DNA of 17,468 bases from positions 1 to 17,468 of the forward strand of contig JBFGZE010000074.1 of the NCBI GenBank assembly GCA_041586955.1, written 5' to 3'. Below, piece after piece: positions 1 to 8,812 of the stretch. The notes under the pieces were generated by a model. The model worked only from the letters and a program-made list of their open reading frames with translations. It was not told the DNA's origin and did no database searches. Position 1 is the stretch's first letter; each line of letters opens with the position of its first letter. The translations under genes were made by a program, and so were the position numbers. The stretch comes from Bacteriovoracaceae bacterium (GTDB taxonomy: Bacteria > Bdellovibrionota > Bacteriovoracia > Bacteriovoracales > Bacteriovoracaceae).

Positions 1-416
1 ATGCGGCTATCGGGGCGGTCTACTTTATTAATAACTAAGGCAATTTTGAGATCGCGCTCAAGCGCCTTTTGTAAAACAAAACGAGTTTGCGGTAATGGGC
101 CTTCAGCAGCGTCAACTAAAAGACAAACACCATCAACCATAAGGAGGGATCTTTCTACTTCTCCACCAAAGTCAGCGTGCCCGGGGGTATCGAGAAGGTT
201 AACTTTAACGCCTTTCCAATAAGTGGCGCAGTTTTTGGCAGAAATGGTGATCCCTCTTTCTTTTTCGATATCTCCAGAGTCCATCACTCTTTCTTCAACA
301 GCTGCGCGCGGGTCAAAGGCACCGGATTGTTGAAGAAGCCCGTCGATGAGGGTAGTTTTGCCGTGGTCAACGTGGGCGACAACAGCGATATTTTTTAATG
401 AGGACCATTCGTTCAT
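1..416 (-). CDS. typA: Translational GTPase TypA/BipA, N-terminal part (continues past the left edge)
   Basis: Manual minus-strand translation from ATG at 416: [32 protein letters not shown]...[20 protein letters not shown]...[46 protein letters not shown]...[11 protein letters not shown]. It has the G1, G2, G3 and G4 motifs and the TypA-typical [11 protein letters not shown]. An AAGGA Shine-Dalgarno (SD) sequence lies upstream. It is missing from the ORF track because there is no stop codon in the window. Confidence 0.96.
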   Translation of the reverse strand, partial: MNEWSSLKNIAVVAHVDHGKTTLIDGLLQQSGAFDPRAAVEERVMDSGDIEKERGITISAKNCATYWKGVKVNLLDTPGHADFGGEVERSLLMVDGVCLLVDAAEGPLPQTRFVLQKALERDLKIALVINKVDRPDSR

Positions 417-501
417 GGAGATTCCTTGTTGCAATGCATTTAAAGACGATTGGCGTTTAGTTTAGTATGCTAGGGGCGATTTGTAATTAGAAAAGGTAAA
501 T

Positions 502-2325
502 ATGATTCAATTTCACGAAATTTCTAAAAGCTTTGGCCCTAAAAACCTCTTTTCAGAGGTGACTTTTTCAATCGGCCATGGAGAAAGGGTAGGCTTTGTC
601 GGCCGTAATGGCAGTGGTAAATCAACTTTGTTTAAACTTATTAAAGGGGAAATGGATGTTGATTCTGGCCGAGTCCAAATTCCAAGCGGGTATACTATTG
701 GCTCAATCGATCAGCATATTCATTTTGAAAAACAAGATGTTTTATCGGAAGTCATGAGTGTTTTAAGTGAAGAAGAGCAATGGGAGGAGTATAGGGCAGA
801 AAAGATTTTACAAGGTCTAGGCTTCTCGAAGGAAGATCAAGCTAAGGACCCGATGTCTTTTTCTGGCGGTTTTCAAATCCGTATTAATTTGGCCAAGGTT
901 ATTATTAAATCCCCGAGTCTTCTGCTACTCGATGAACCGACCAATTATCTCGATATTATTTCTCTTAAATGGTTGTCTCAATATTTAAAGCAATATCCTG
1001 GTGAAGTTTTTTTTATTACCCACGACCGCTCTTTTATGGATGCTGTTGCCACTCATACCGCGGGTATTCATCGGGGAAAAGTAAAAAAAATAAAAGGGGA
1101 TACTGAGAAATTTTATTCGAAAATTTTTGAGGAAGAGGAGAATTACGAAAAAACACGACTCAACCAAGAAAAGAAAGAAAAGCATCTGGTTAGTTTTATT
1201 GATCGTTTTAGGGCGAAAGCAACGAAGGCGAAACAGGCGCAGTCGCGCTTAAAACAATTGGATAAAATGAATAAGCTAGAGCAATTAGAGGATATCAGTG
1301 AAATGAATTTACAATTTCATTATTCGAAAATTGCCGCCAAGTTTATTCTCTCAGTTGAGGACCTTCAATTCGGCTATACGGATGAATTATTAATTAACAA
1401 CCTTTCCTTCCAAATGGGGGCGAAAGACCGTATTGGAATTATTGGGAAAAATGGAAAAGGGAAGTCGACATTATTAAATGTTTTAAATGGTTTTTTAAAA
1501 GAAAAATCAGGGCAATATAACTTTCATCCAAAAGCGGATATTTCATTTTTTGGCCAAACAAATGTGGAAGCCCTTCATGCCAATCATACGATCTTGCAAG
1601 AAATTCAATTGGCCAACCCCGATCTTGGGCAATCCTCTCAACGGGCCATATGTGGCGCGATGATGTTTAGCAATGAAGATGCCCTTAAAAAAATCTCTGT
1701 TTTAAGTGGGGGGGAAAAGGCCCGGGTCCTATTAGGTAAGATTATGGCGCAAAAGTCGAATATCCTCTTATTGGACGAGCCGACGAACCATTTAGATATT
1801 GAATCGGTTGAAATCTTAACGGAGGAATTAGAAAAATTTCCAGGTGCCTTATTATTAGTAACCCATAATGAAAATTTATTAAAGCGACTGGCGACGAAGT
1901 TGATTATTTTCCGCGAGGGGAATTGTGAATTTTATAATGGCGATTATGAAGATTTTTTAAAGCGCGTTGGTTGGGAAGAAGATGAAACAAAGCAAATAGA
2001 AAAAAAGACTGAAAATAAAAAGGTTGGGACAAAAGAGCGGCAGGCGATCATTTCAGAAAGAGCGAAAATGTTAAGGCCTTTGCGTGAGAAAATAGAGGAA
2101 AGGGAAAGGCAAATCACAGGTCTAGAGTTATTATTGAAGGATGAGACCTCTAAATTGGAATTGGCCTACTCTCAAGATGATCAGCAGGTGGTACGTGATT
2201 CTTCGGAAAGGATTGGCAAAATAAATAAAAAAATCGAGGAAATATTTGAAGAGATTTGTCAGACAGAAGAAGATGTTCTTCACATTGAAGAGAAATTTGT
2301 CGCAAAACTTAAAGACTTCAATTGA
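502..2325 (+). CDS. ABC-F family ribosome-associated ATPase (YheS/Uup/YdiF-like) with C-terminal coiled coil
   Basis: Two ABC domains: Walker A GRNGSGKST and GKNGKGKST, signatures FSGG and LSGGE, Walker B LLLLDEPTNYLD and LLLDEPTNHLD. Charged inter-domain linker (FIDRFRAKATKAKQAQSR). No transmembrane segments. Confidence 0.93.
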   Translation: MIQFHEISKSFGPKNLFSEVTFSIGHGERVGFVGRNGSGKSTLFKLIKGEMDVDSGRVQIPSGYTIGSIDQHIHFEKQDVLSEVMSVLSEEEQWEEYRAEKILQGLGFSKEDQAKDPMSFSGGFQIRINLAKVIIKSPSLLLLDEPTNYLDIISLKWLSQYLKQYPGEVFFITHDRSFMDAVATHTAGIHRGKVKKIKGDTEKFYSKIFEEEENYEKTRLNQEKKEKHLVSFIDRFRAKATKAKQAQSRLKQLDKMNKLEQLEDISEMNLQFHYSKIAAKFILSVEDLQFGYTDELLINNLSFQMGAKDRIGIIGKNGKGKSTLLNVLNGFLKEKSGQYNFHPKADISFFGQTNVEALHANHTILQEIQLANPDLGQSSQRAICGAMMFSNEDALKKISVLSGGEKARVLLGKIMAQKSNILLLDEPTNHLDIESVEILTEELEKFPGALLLVTHNENLLKRLATKLIIFREGNCEFYNGDYEDFLKRVGWEEDETKQIEKKTENKKVGTKERQAIISERAKMLRPLREKIEERERQITGLELLLKDETSKLELAYSQDDQQVVRDSSERIGKINKKIEEIFEEICQTEEDVLHIEEKFVAKLKDFN

Positions 2326-2339
2326 AAAAGGAATGGGAT

Positions 2340-2723
2340 ATGTCTCAATTTGAAGAGTTATTAAATAAAGCAAAAAATGAACCTCGGCCATTACGGATTT
2401 TAATTCTCTTTGCCAAGGCCACCAATATGTTTGAGGGCGGCCAGCAGAGCTATAGTAGTGGTACAATTGAACCTATTATGTGTGTCGATAAAAGACCTGA
2501 AGAGCTAACGACTTTTAAGGCTCTTGTCGAAGAAGCAGATAGTCACACCAAGAAATGGAATTTTATTTTAGTTTCATCATTGAGCGGCACGAATAATACT
2601 GAACCCACAGATAAAGAAGTCGATTCAGCACTTCATAAGATGAGTAATGGCCTTGCAAGCGGAGAGGATCTTTCACAGTATATCGTTTGGAATCGGCAGG
2701 AAGAGCTTGTGGTAATAAGCTGA
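2340..2723 (+). CDS. Conserved hypothetical protein (127 aa, PxMCVDK motif family)
   Basis: ATG at 2340 is preceded by AAGGA. The sequence FEELLNKAKNEPRPLRILILFA...GTIEPIMCVDKRPEELTTFKALVEEAD...W resembles, from memory, a small proteobacterial family often auto-labelled 'ribonucleotide reductase subunit alpha'. Confidence 0.75.
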   Translation: MSQFEELLNKAKNEPRPLRILILFAKATNMFEGGQQSYSSGTIEPIMCVDKRPEELTTFKALVEEADSHTKKWNFILVSSLSGTNNTEPTDKEVDSALHKMSNGLASGEDLSQYIVWNRQEELVVIS

Positions 2724-2893
2724 TCACGTTACTTTGAAACCATCCTCATCGCCCTCTAGGGCATCGACAAGCTTCCTCGTCACGAGATAAGTTTGATCAT
2801 CATTTTATTTAAATGTTGCTGGCACTCGTTCTCGTGACATTATTGCTTAAATCTAGCATAGGTATTGCTGCGCTGCTACGGGAGCGGCCCACG

Positions 2894-3103
2894 CTATTTG
2901 GCCTTAATGCCCTCTACTTCATTCTGCAGCTCTGCAAGTTTTTTCAGGAGTATCTCATCATCTTGAACTAATTTTTTGGCACTTTCTATTCTTGAAAGTA
3001 GGAGCGAACACTCTTTTCTAGTGGATTTTCCATCATCCAGGGAACCAATTATGGTAAGGTCCTTGGAAATTGTTTCGATTAATGCTTCTTGTAAGGTGGC
3101 CAT
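2894..3103 (-). CDS. Small hypothetical helical protein (69 aa)
   Basis: ATG start, protein-like amphipathic/coiled-coil composition, and it fills otherwise free space. No recognised motif. Confidence 0.6.
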   Translation of the reverse strand: MATLQEALIETISKDLTIIGSLDDGKSTRKECSLLLSRIESAKKLVQDDEILLKKLAELQNEVEGIKAK

Positions 3104-3253
3104 GAGCGAATTCTCATATGAATTTCTTATAATATCAAGCCATTTTGCAGATCAATTGAGTAAAGCTTATTTAAAAAACTGATTTATATCATTAGAAAAG
3201 TGAAACAAAAAAGGTACAGAATAGATGAACAATTGCCCCTAACTGGAGGATTT

Positions 3254-3628
3254 ATGAAAAAAGGACTTATTTCGCTGGCATTTTTATTAATTACTAACGC
3301 ACATGCTAAGGTTAATTTTATTGAGGCCCTTGCCGCTAATTATCCCCAGATAGTTAATACTCCCATTTTAGATTGCATGACTTGTCATACAGTCAGTAAA
3401 TGGCAAAGAAATGACTATGGCATGGACCTACAAAATTACCTAAGAGATAATTATCAAGGTGATTGGAACCTCGATATTAATTATACTCGTAAGTTTATTA
3501 GACGGGGTATGAAGGCCATTGAACATCTCGATAGCGATGGTGATGGCTTCACTAATGCTGAAGAATTTAAGGCCCTAACAAATCCAGGAATCGCTGAAGA
3601 TAATCCTCGAGATGAATTAGTTCTATAA
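3254..3628 (+). CDS. Secreted putative monoheme c-type cytochrome with a DxDGDG Ca-binding-like loop
   Basis: Strong GGAGG SD before ATG at 3254. Signal peptide MKKGLISLAFLLITNAHA, heme-attachment motif CMTCH, and C-terminal LDSDGDGFTNAEEF...TNPG. Confidence 0.8.
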   Translation: MKKGLISLAFLLITNAHAKVNFIEALAANYPQIVNTPILDCMTCHTVSKWQRNDYGMDLQNYLRDNYQGDWNLDINYTRKFIRRGMKAIEHLDSDGDGFTNAEEFKALTNPGIAEDNPRDELVL

Positions 3629-3651
3629 AAACTTATAAAATTGAATCTTTT

Positions 3652-3687
3652 GCGGGACCATAGGCTTATGGTCTCGCTTCTTAGTTT
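3652..3687 (+). terminator. Intrinsic terminator between convergent genes
   Basis: 11-bp stem GCGGGACCATA/TATGGTCTCGC (one G-U pair), loop GGCT, followed by TTCTTAGTTT. Confidence 0.7.
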
Positions 3688-3698
3688 CGTTCCCATCT

Positions 3699-5876
3699 CT
3701 AAACCTCGATTTTTTTACCAATAGGTTTGCTCTCATCTGAACCTTTTCTTTCCCATGTGTGGAGTTTGCGCACCCATTTCATTAAATGGGTAGGCCGATG
3801 GTTTTTTTTCCAATTACCGGCCAAGTACTTATTGGCCTCACCCATTGTTGGATAAGTATGAATGGTACCGAGAATTGCCTCGAGACCAATACCGTGCTTC
3901 ATCGCCGTTACAAATTCTAATAATAAATCTGAGGCATGAGCACCAACAATGGTAGCACCTAGAACTTTGTCTGTTCCTGGTTTGGTGAGAACTTTAACAA
4001 ACCCATGGTCTTCACTATCAGCAATGGCGCGATCCAAATCATCTATCCCGTACTTTGTGACCTCATAGGGGGTATTACTTTGCTTGGCCGCCTCTTCATT
4101 GAGGCCAACAGTGGCCACCTCGGGATCAGTATATGTGCACCAAGGAATCACTGAATAATCGACACGAAACTTTTTGAAACGTCCAAAGAGACCATTGACG
4201 GCACAGTACCATGCCTGATGAGCGGCGGTATGGGTTAATTGATAAGGGCCAGTGACATCGCCGCAAACATAAATATTGGGAAAGTTGGTTTGTAGGTAAT
4301 CATTAGCAGAAATGGTACCATTTTTTCGTAATTCAACCCCTAACTCTTCGAGGCCAAAACCCTTTACATTGGCCTTACGTCCGACTGCGATCAAGATTTT
4401 ATCAAAATTGATTTCAATAGTTTCTTCCATAAATTCACAAACCAATACCTTTCCATTTTTAAACTCAACCGCTTTGTGTCCAGTTAAAATGTGGACACCT
4501 TCACTTTCCAGGCGATTTTGTACCTCCTGGGAGACATCGGGATCTTCTTTAAGCATAATTCTTGGGGCCATCTCAACGATTGTCACTTGTGAACCAAAAC
4601 GGCTGAAGCTTTGGGCAAGCTCTAATCCAATGGGCCCTCCCCCTAGAACAATCAAGTTCTTGGGTAATTCTTTTAGATTCCATAAAGTATCTGATACCAG
4701 ATAATCGACCTCTTCAATCCCCTTTATTGGGGGAACAAAAGGCCTGGCACCAGTTGCAATAGTAATATTTTTTGTGGTGATGATTTTTCCATTTATTTCA
4801 ATTTCCCAAGGAGAAATAATCTTGGCCTCACCCGTATAACAATCAACACCCAGTTTAGAATACCTTTCAATAGAATCATGAGGTTCTATTTTAGCGATTG
4901 TTTGATGCACGCGATCCATGATTTTTTTAAAATCAAATTTGATATCAATTTGATCGATACCAAACTCCTGCGCCCTTTTTGAATGATGAATAATAGAAGC
5001 CGATTTGATCAGGGCCTTGGAAGGAACACAGCCTGTATTAAGGCAATCACCTCCCATTTTGTGCTTTTCAATAATGGCGACTTTGGCCTCAACAGCTGCT
5101 CCAATATAGGAGGTGACAAGTCCCCCAGCTCCGGCGCCAATTGATACCATATTATAATCATAAATTTTTGGTCTTTTATAGCGAGCATACACCTTACTCG
5201 TTTTTATTGAATAAATGATTTTTTTAGCAATGAGCGGGAAGAGCCCTAATAAAACAAAGGAGCCAATAAGGCCTGGCCCAAGTATTCCCTTGAGCGAGTC
5301 TACCTGTGCTAATTGGACACCGGCATTTACATAAACGATGGTTCCAAAAATCATTCCTAATTGCGAGACAAAAAAATAGGTAATAGTTCTCATGGGGGTT
5401 AGTCCCATCACTAAGTTGATGAGAAAAAACGGGATAAGGGGAATGAGTCTTAAGGTAAATAAATAGAACGCACCTTCTTTTTCAATTCCCTGGTTGATTA
5501 GCTTTAATTTTTCAGAAAATTTGTTTTGAACATAATCTCTTAAAAGGTAGCGGGCCGCCAGAAAGGAGAGAGTGGCACCTATTGTACTGGCAAATGATAC
5601 GATAATCGTACCTCTGGTTAGGCCAAAAATGGCCCCACCAAATAAAGTCATGACTGTCGCACCAGGGATACTCAGAGCGGTTACCACAATATAGATTCCC
5701 ATATACGTGAGAATTGTCTCGAGTGTATGGGAAAGATAAAACTCTTGAAATCGTAATTGGTTGACCTTGATATAGTCTAAGGTTAGATACTCCCCTAGGC
5801 CGTAGAATCGAATGGCCCAGATGGTAATAATAATCGCTAAAAGCAGTAGAACTCTGGGCAAAATCTTTTTTATCAT
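3699..5876 (-). CDS. VTT/DedA (TVP38) membrane domain fused to a dihydrolipoamide-dehydrogenase/MerA-like pyridine nucleotide-disulfide oxidoreductase
   Basis: Hydrophobic N-terminal ~220 aa with the VTT hallmarks (ALSIPGATVMTLFGGAIFG, LRLIPLIPFFLINL). FAD site GAGAGG, redox centre GGDCLNTGCVPSK, NAD site GGGPIGLE, C-terminal HTYPTMGE. GAGG SD. Confidence 0.92.
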   Translation of the reverse strand: MIKKILPRVLLLLAIIITIWAIRFYGLGEYLTLDYIKVNQLRFQEFYLSHTLETILTYMGIYIVVTALSIPGATVMTLFGGAIFGLTRGTIIVSFASTIGATLSFLAARYLLRDYVQNKFSEKLKLINQGIEKEGAFYLFTLRLIPLIPFFLINLVMGLTPMRTITYFFVSQLGMIFGTIVYVNAGVQLAQVDSLKGILGPGLIGSFVLLGLFPLIAKKIIYSIKTSKVYARYKRPKIYDYNMVSIGAGAGGLVTSYIGAAVEAKVAIIEKHKMGGDCLNTGCVPSKALIKSASIIHHSKRAQEFGIDQIDIKFDFKKIMDRVHQTIAKIEPHDSIERYSKLGVDCYTGEAKIISPWEIEINGKIITTKNITIATGARPFVPPIKGIEEVDYLVSDTLWNLKELPKNLIVLGGGPIGLELAQSFSRFGSQVTIVEMAPRIMLKEDPDVSQEVQNRLESEGVHILTGHKAVEFKNGKVLVCEFMEETIEINFDKILIAVGRKANVKGFGLEELGVELRKNGTISANDYLQTNFPNIYVCGDVTGPYQLTHTAAHQAWYCAVNGLFGRFKKFRVDYSVIPWCTYTDPEVATVGLNEEAAKQSNTPYEVTKYGIDDLDRAIADSEDHGFVKVLTKPGTDKVLGATIVGAHASDLLLEFVTAMKHGIGLEAILGTIHTYPTMGEANKYLAGNWKKNHRPTHLMKWVRKLHTWERKGSDESKPIGKKIEV

Positions 5877-5934
5877 ATCGTCATCCTCATATGAGTTTGT
5901 TAATGAGTGAAATAAAAAATAGATTAGTGACAGT

Positions 5935-6474
5935 TTATTTTTTCTTAAAGTTTAGAGAAATAGAGTTGATACAATAGCGTAGGCCTGTGGGTTTTGGGCC
6001 ATCATTAAAAACATGCCCTAAATGAGCATCACAGCGAGAGCATAGAAGCTCAATTCTTTTCATACCAAAAAGCCTATCTTCTTTTTGAGTAATCTTATCC
6101 TTGGAAAGAAGATCAAAAAAAGATGGCCAGCCGGTCCCCGATTTAAATTTATGATCAGATTTGAAAAGCTCTTGGCCACAATTGGAGCAAGTATAGGTCC
6201 CAACTTCCTTATGGTTCCAATATTTTCCGCTAAAGGGTTTTTCTGTTCCCGCTTGGCGGGTTACTTTGTATTGGAGAGGACTAAGTTGTTTTTTCCAGTA
6301 TTGGTCACTTTTAGCTTTCCAATCAATTTTATCGGGGTTGATATCAATAAGGTGAACTGAAGTATCTCCTACCTTCTCATTGCCCACAGTTGGAAGAAAA
6401 GAAGCGAGAATTATCGCTCCTAGTATAATTGCGATCAATATTTTTAATAAGTTACGTCTGCTTGAGAGCTTCAC
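5935..6474 (-). CDS. msrB: Peptide-methionine (R)-S-oxide reductase MsrB with a Tat-like signal
   Basis: GTEKPFSG, Zn-binding CSNC and CSRC, SGTGWPSF, HLGHVF, catalytic RYCINS. GTG start with AAGGAG SD. N-terminus SRRNLLK followed by a hydrophobic stretch. Confidence 0.95.
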   Translation of the reverse strand: MKLSSRRNLLKILIAIILGAIILASFLPTVGNEKVGDTSVHLIDINPDKIDWKAKSDQYWKKQLSPLQYKVTRQAGTEKPFSGKYWNHKEVGTYTCSNCGQELFKSDHKFKSGTGWPSFFDLLSKDKITQKEDRLFGMKRIELLCSRCDAHLGHVFNDGPKPTGLRYCINSISLNFKKK

Positions 6475-6521
6475 AAATTCTCCTTTTTTAGTAGGTGAAT
6501 CAAGGTTCGCAAATGTGACGT

Positions 6522-7052
6522 TTAATCTTTTCGAACTTTTCCGTATATCTTAATTCCCAGCATGAGAGTTAAGGCAAAAAGAACGAGGGCGACAAGGCCT
6601 TTGGCCATATCAACGGTATCTTTGAGGACAACTAGGAAAACAATGGTTACCAAAAAGAGAGTGGCAATCTCATTAAAGATACGCAATTGTTTACCGGTCT
6701 TAGGAAAAACATCGTTTTTTAATTGGTTAAAAATTTTGCCACAAGAAAGATGATAAAAGCATAGGAGGACGACAAAACTTAATTTAATGATGAGCCAGGG
6801 ATTATCACTTAGGGGGAGGAAGTTATGAAGCATGGAGGTGCCAAAAACCAGGGTTAAAATGGCAGATGGCCAGGTAATACCGTACCATAATCTTCTCTCC
6901 ATAATCTTAAATTGAGCGGAGAGAATTCCCTTTTCAGGCTCAGGTTTTTCTTGGGCCTCAGTATGGTAAATAAAGAGGCGGACAATATAAAAGAGTCCTG
7001 CAAACCAGGTAACAACAGAAATAATGTGGAGGGCCTTCATATAATCGTACAT
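6522..7052 (-). CDS. hemJ: Protoporphyrinogen IX oxidase HemJ
   Basis: KALHIISVVTWFAGLFYIVRLFIYH, MERRLWYGITWP, WLIIKL, LRIFNEIATL and VFLVVLK are HemJ (UPF0093) hallmarks. Confidence 0.92.
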   Translation of the reverse strand: MYDYMKALHIISVVTWFAGLFYIVRLFIYHTEAQEKPEPEKGILSAQFKIMERRLWYGITWPSAILTLVFGTSMLHNFLPLSDNPWLIIKLSFVVLLCFYHLSCGKIFNQLKNDVFPKTGKQLRIFNEIATLFLVTIVFLVVLKDTVDMAKGLVALVLFALTLMLGIKIYGKVRKD

Positions 7053-7059
7053 GGAGGTA

Positions 7060-7088
7060 AGTGTATGCCTTTTCAGATTAAAATTGAA
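7060..7088 (-). promoter_or_regulatory. Putative sigma70 promoter giving a leaderless hemJ mRNA
   Basis: Minus strand reads TTCAAT-N17-TACACT-N7-ATG, with no SD before hemJ. Confidence 0.45.
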
Positions 7089-7098
7089 GCCATAAGAT
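7070..7098 (+). promoter_or_regulatory. Putative sigma70 promoter giving a leaderless phosphatase mRNA
   Basis: TTTTCA(7070-7075)-N17-TAAGAT(7093-7098)-N6-ATG(7105), with no SD. Confidence 0.45.
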
Positions 7099-7104
7099 AC
7101 GATT

Positions 7105-7713
7105 ATGACAATTGATGTTTATATTTTTCGGCATGGACAAACAGATTGGAATAAAGAGCGGCGTTGCCAAGGACATATCGATATCCCTTTGAATGATACA
7201 GGGCGAAGAGAGGCCCAATCACTTCGCCCGTTTATCAAATCTCTTAATCTCGATATTGTCTATTCGAGTGACCTTTCCCGCGCGCGTGAAACGGCGAAAT
7301 TGGCAAGTGAAGGGCTCAATATTCCCATTCATCATACTCCCTTATTACGGGAAGCCTATTTTGGTAAGGCCGAGGGACACCTTTTTCTTGAACTTGATCA
7401 TATTTGCGGGGAAGGATTTCTAGCTCAATTTAAATCCTATGAAGATCTCGATTTGCGTTTCCCCGGGGGGGAGAGTCGACGCGAGGCGATTTCTCGCGCC
7501 CATCAATTAATTCAAGATGTATTACAAAATGGTCATCGCCGAATAGGCTTAAGCACTCATGGTGGTATGATTCGCAATATTCTTTTCTCTTTTAATGATG
7601 GTGCTCTTCAGGATTTTCCGATCCCTAATTGTGTTATTTATCACCTTCAATTTCTTGAAGGTGATTTTAAGCAAGGAAAAATAATAGGTATGGTTAATCA
7701 ATTAGGCCTTTAG
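7105..7713 (+). CDS. Histidine phosphatase (phosphoglycerate mutase-like) family protein
   Basis: RHGQTDWN motif, QGHIDIPLN, SSDLSRARET, LREAYFG, PGGES, STHGG, IPNC. Confidence 0.92.
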   Translation: MTIDVYIFRHGQTDWNKERRCQGHIDIPLNDTGRREAQSLRPFIKSLNLDIVYSSDLSRARETAKLASEGLNIPIHHTPLLREAYFGKAEGHLFLELDHICGEGFLAQFKSYEDLDLRFPGGESRREAISRAHQLIQDVLQNGHRRIGLSTHGGMIRNILFSFNDGALQDFPIPNCVIYHLQFLEGDFKQGKIIGMVNQLGL

Positions 7714-8812
7714 GAAGTTTTAGAGCGAGAAAGAGGGTGCGTTGGTATTTGCTAAAATTATTGTCTGATACGAGGACTATTGAACGGCTACCATCTTTGA
7801 ATCGTGGACCAAAACAAATCCCTTCAAAATTGTCGAGGCGCTTAAATTTGGGGTCCATTTTTGCGACAATGGTATCTAAATCGGACAAAAGCGTCTTTTT
7901 CGCAAACTTAAGAGACTGTCCCTTTAATTGCGGTATCTTAAGAGTATTTGTCGCTCCTTCCAAATGGACGAGGTAGATACGGATGACCTGCTTTTTTAAT
8001 TTAGGTAACCAAGATCTCTCAAGTGTTATTAACCTTTGATGATCAAGAGCGATGAAGTCAACGAGGCCATTTTCCCCTTTTTTATTATCGGTAGTGGCCT
8101 TATTATTAATGACACTAAGTCGGTAGGGGAATTCTTGATCAAATTGGAAGTGCCCCTTTTTATCCTTTTTTAAACGTAGGATACGGAGAGTGCTTTCTGT
8201 TTTATAATCGGCGATATTGCCATCTTGGACCAATGCTTCTTCATTCGCCGTAAAAAGATATTGTCCATCTCTAGTATTCGCCAAGCTTTCTAGAGCGAGG
8301 TTTTTACGATTTCCCCATGTCCCTCGTGTTTTAAAATTGGGGTTAAAATGCTCGGGCATATGGATTTGTTTTTTTAGAATTCCCTTTTTATTAAAGTGGA
8401 AAATTGCTGGAGGAATAATTTTTTTTTCTCGAAAATAACCTTCGGATGAAATGAAGTATTCGTCTTGATCGAGAGCGATACCTTCAAAATCGATATCATT
8501 TTTAAGAAAATTCTTTTTCTTTTTATCTTTGAGAATAATCTGACGAGTTGGTCTAAGTTCGATGAGGTTATCATTCAAAACACCTTTCCAGACGTAGAGA
8601 CGAGCAGGGCCATGCTCACTGCGGTCATCAGAGATGGTGTAGAACTCATCTCTTTGGGCGTGGTAGCGGATTCCACTTAGACCACCTAATGGGAGGTTTT
8701 TAAACTGAGTATCCGAGGTAAAGTTTTGGTCGTCAATAAAGGGAAGATTTGAAGTTAGGGATCCGCATGAGCAGATCCCTAGCATTATTAGAAGGATAAA
8801 TGTTTTGGCCAT
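7694..8812 (-). CDS. Esterase-like activity of phytase family protein, probable lipoprotein
   Basis: Lipobox-like GICSC. Family motifs GGLSGI, ISDDRS, DFEGI, ISSEG, NLALESL, NEEALVQDG, LERSW, DNFEG, LVSDNNFS...QRT. Confidence 0.87.
   Translation of the reverse strand: MAKTFILLIMLGICSCGSLTSNLPFIDDQNFTSDTQFKNLPLGGLSGIRYHAQRDEFYTISDDRSEHGPARLYVWKGVLNDNLIELRPTRQIILKDKKKKNFLKNDIDFEGIALDQDEYFISSEGYFREKKIIPPAIFHFNKKGILKKQIHMPEHFNPNFKTRGTWGNRKNLALESLANTRDGQYLFTANEEALVQDGNIADYKTESTLRILRLKKDKKGHFQFDQEFPYRLSVINNKATTDNKKGENGLVDFIALDHQRLITLERSWLPKLKKQVIRIYLVHLEGATNTLKIPQLKGQSLKFAKKTLLSDLDTIVAKMDPKFKRLDNFEGICFGPRFKDGSRSIVLVSDNNFSKYQRTLFLALKLPKGLID

Noticed and set aside
1..398. ORF-track + strand ORFs 1..222 and 177..398
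   Set aside because: Antisense shadows of typA, which is clearly encoded on the minus strand.
3699..5876. Mercuric reductase merA
   Set aside because: No C-terminal Cys-Cys pair, no N-terminal metal-binding domain and no mer genes nearby.
7065..7115. 16-aa upstream ORF MPFQIKIEAIRYDYDN with a GGAGGT SD
   Set aside because: It lies across the two predicted divergent promoters and upstream of the predicted + strand start, so it is probably not transcribed. It cannot be excluded without ribosome profiling.
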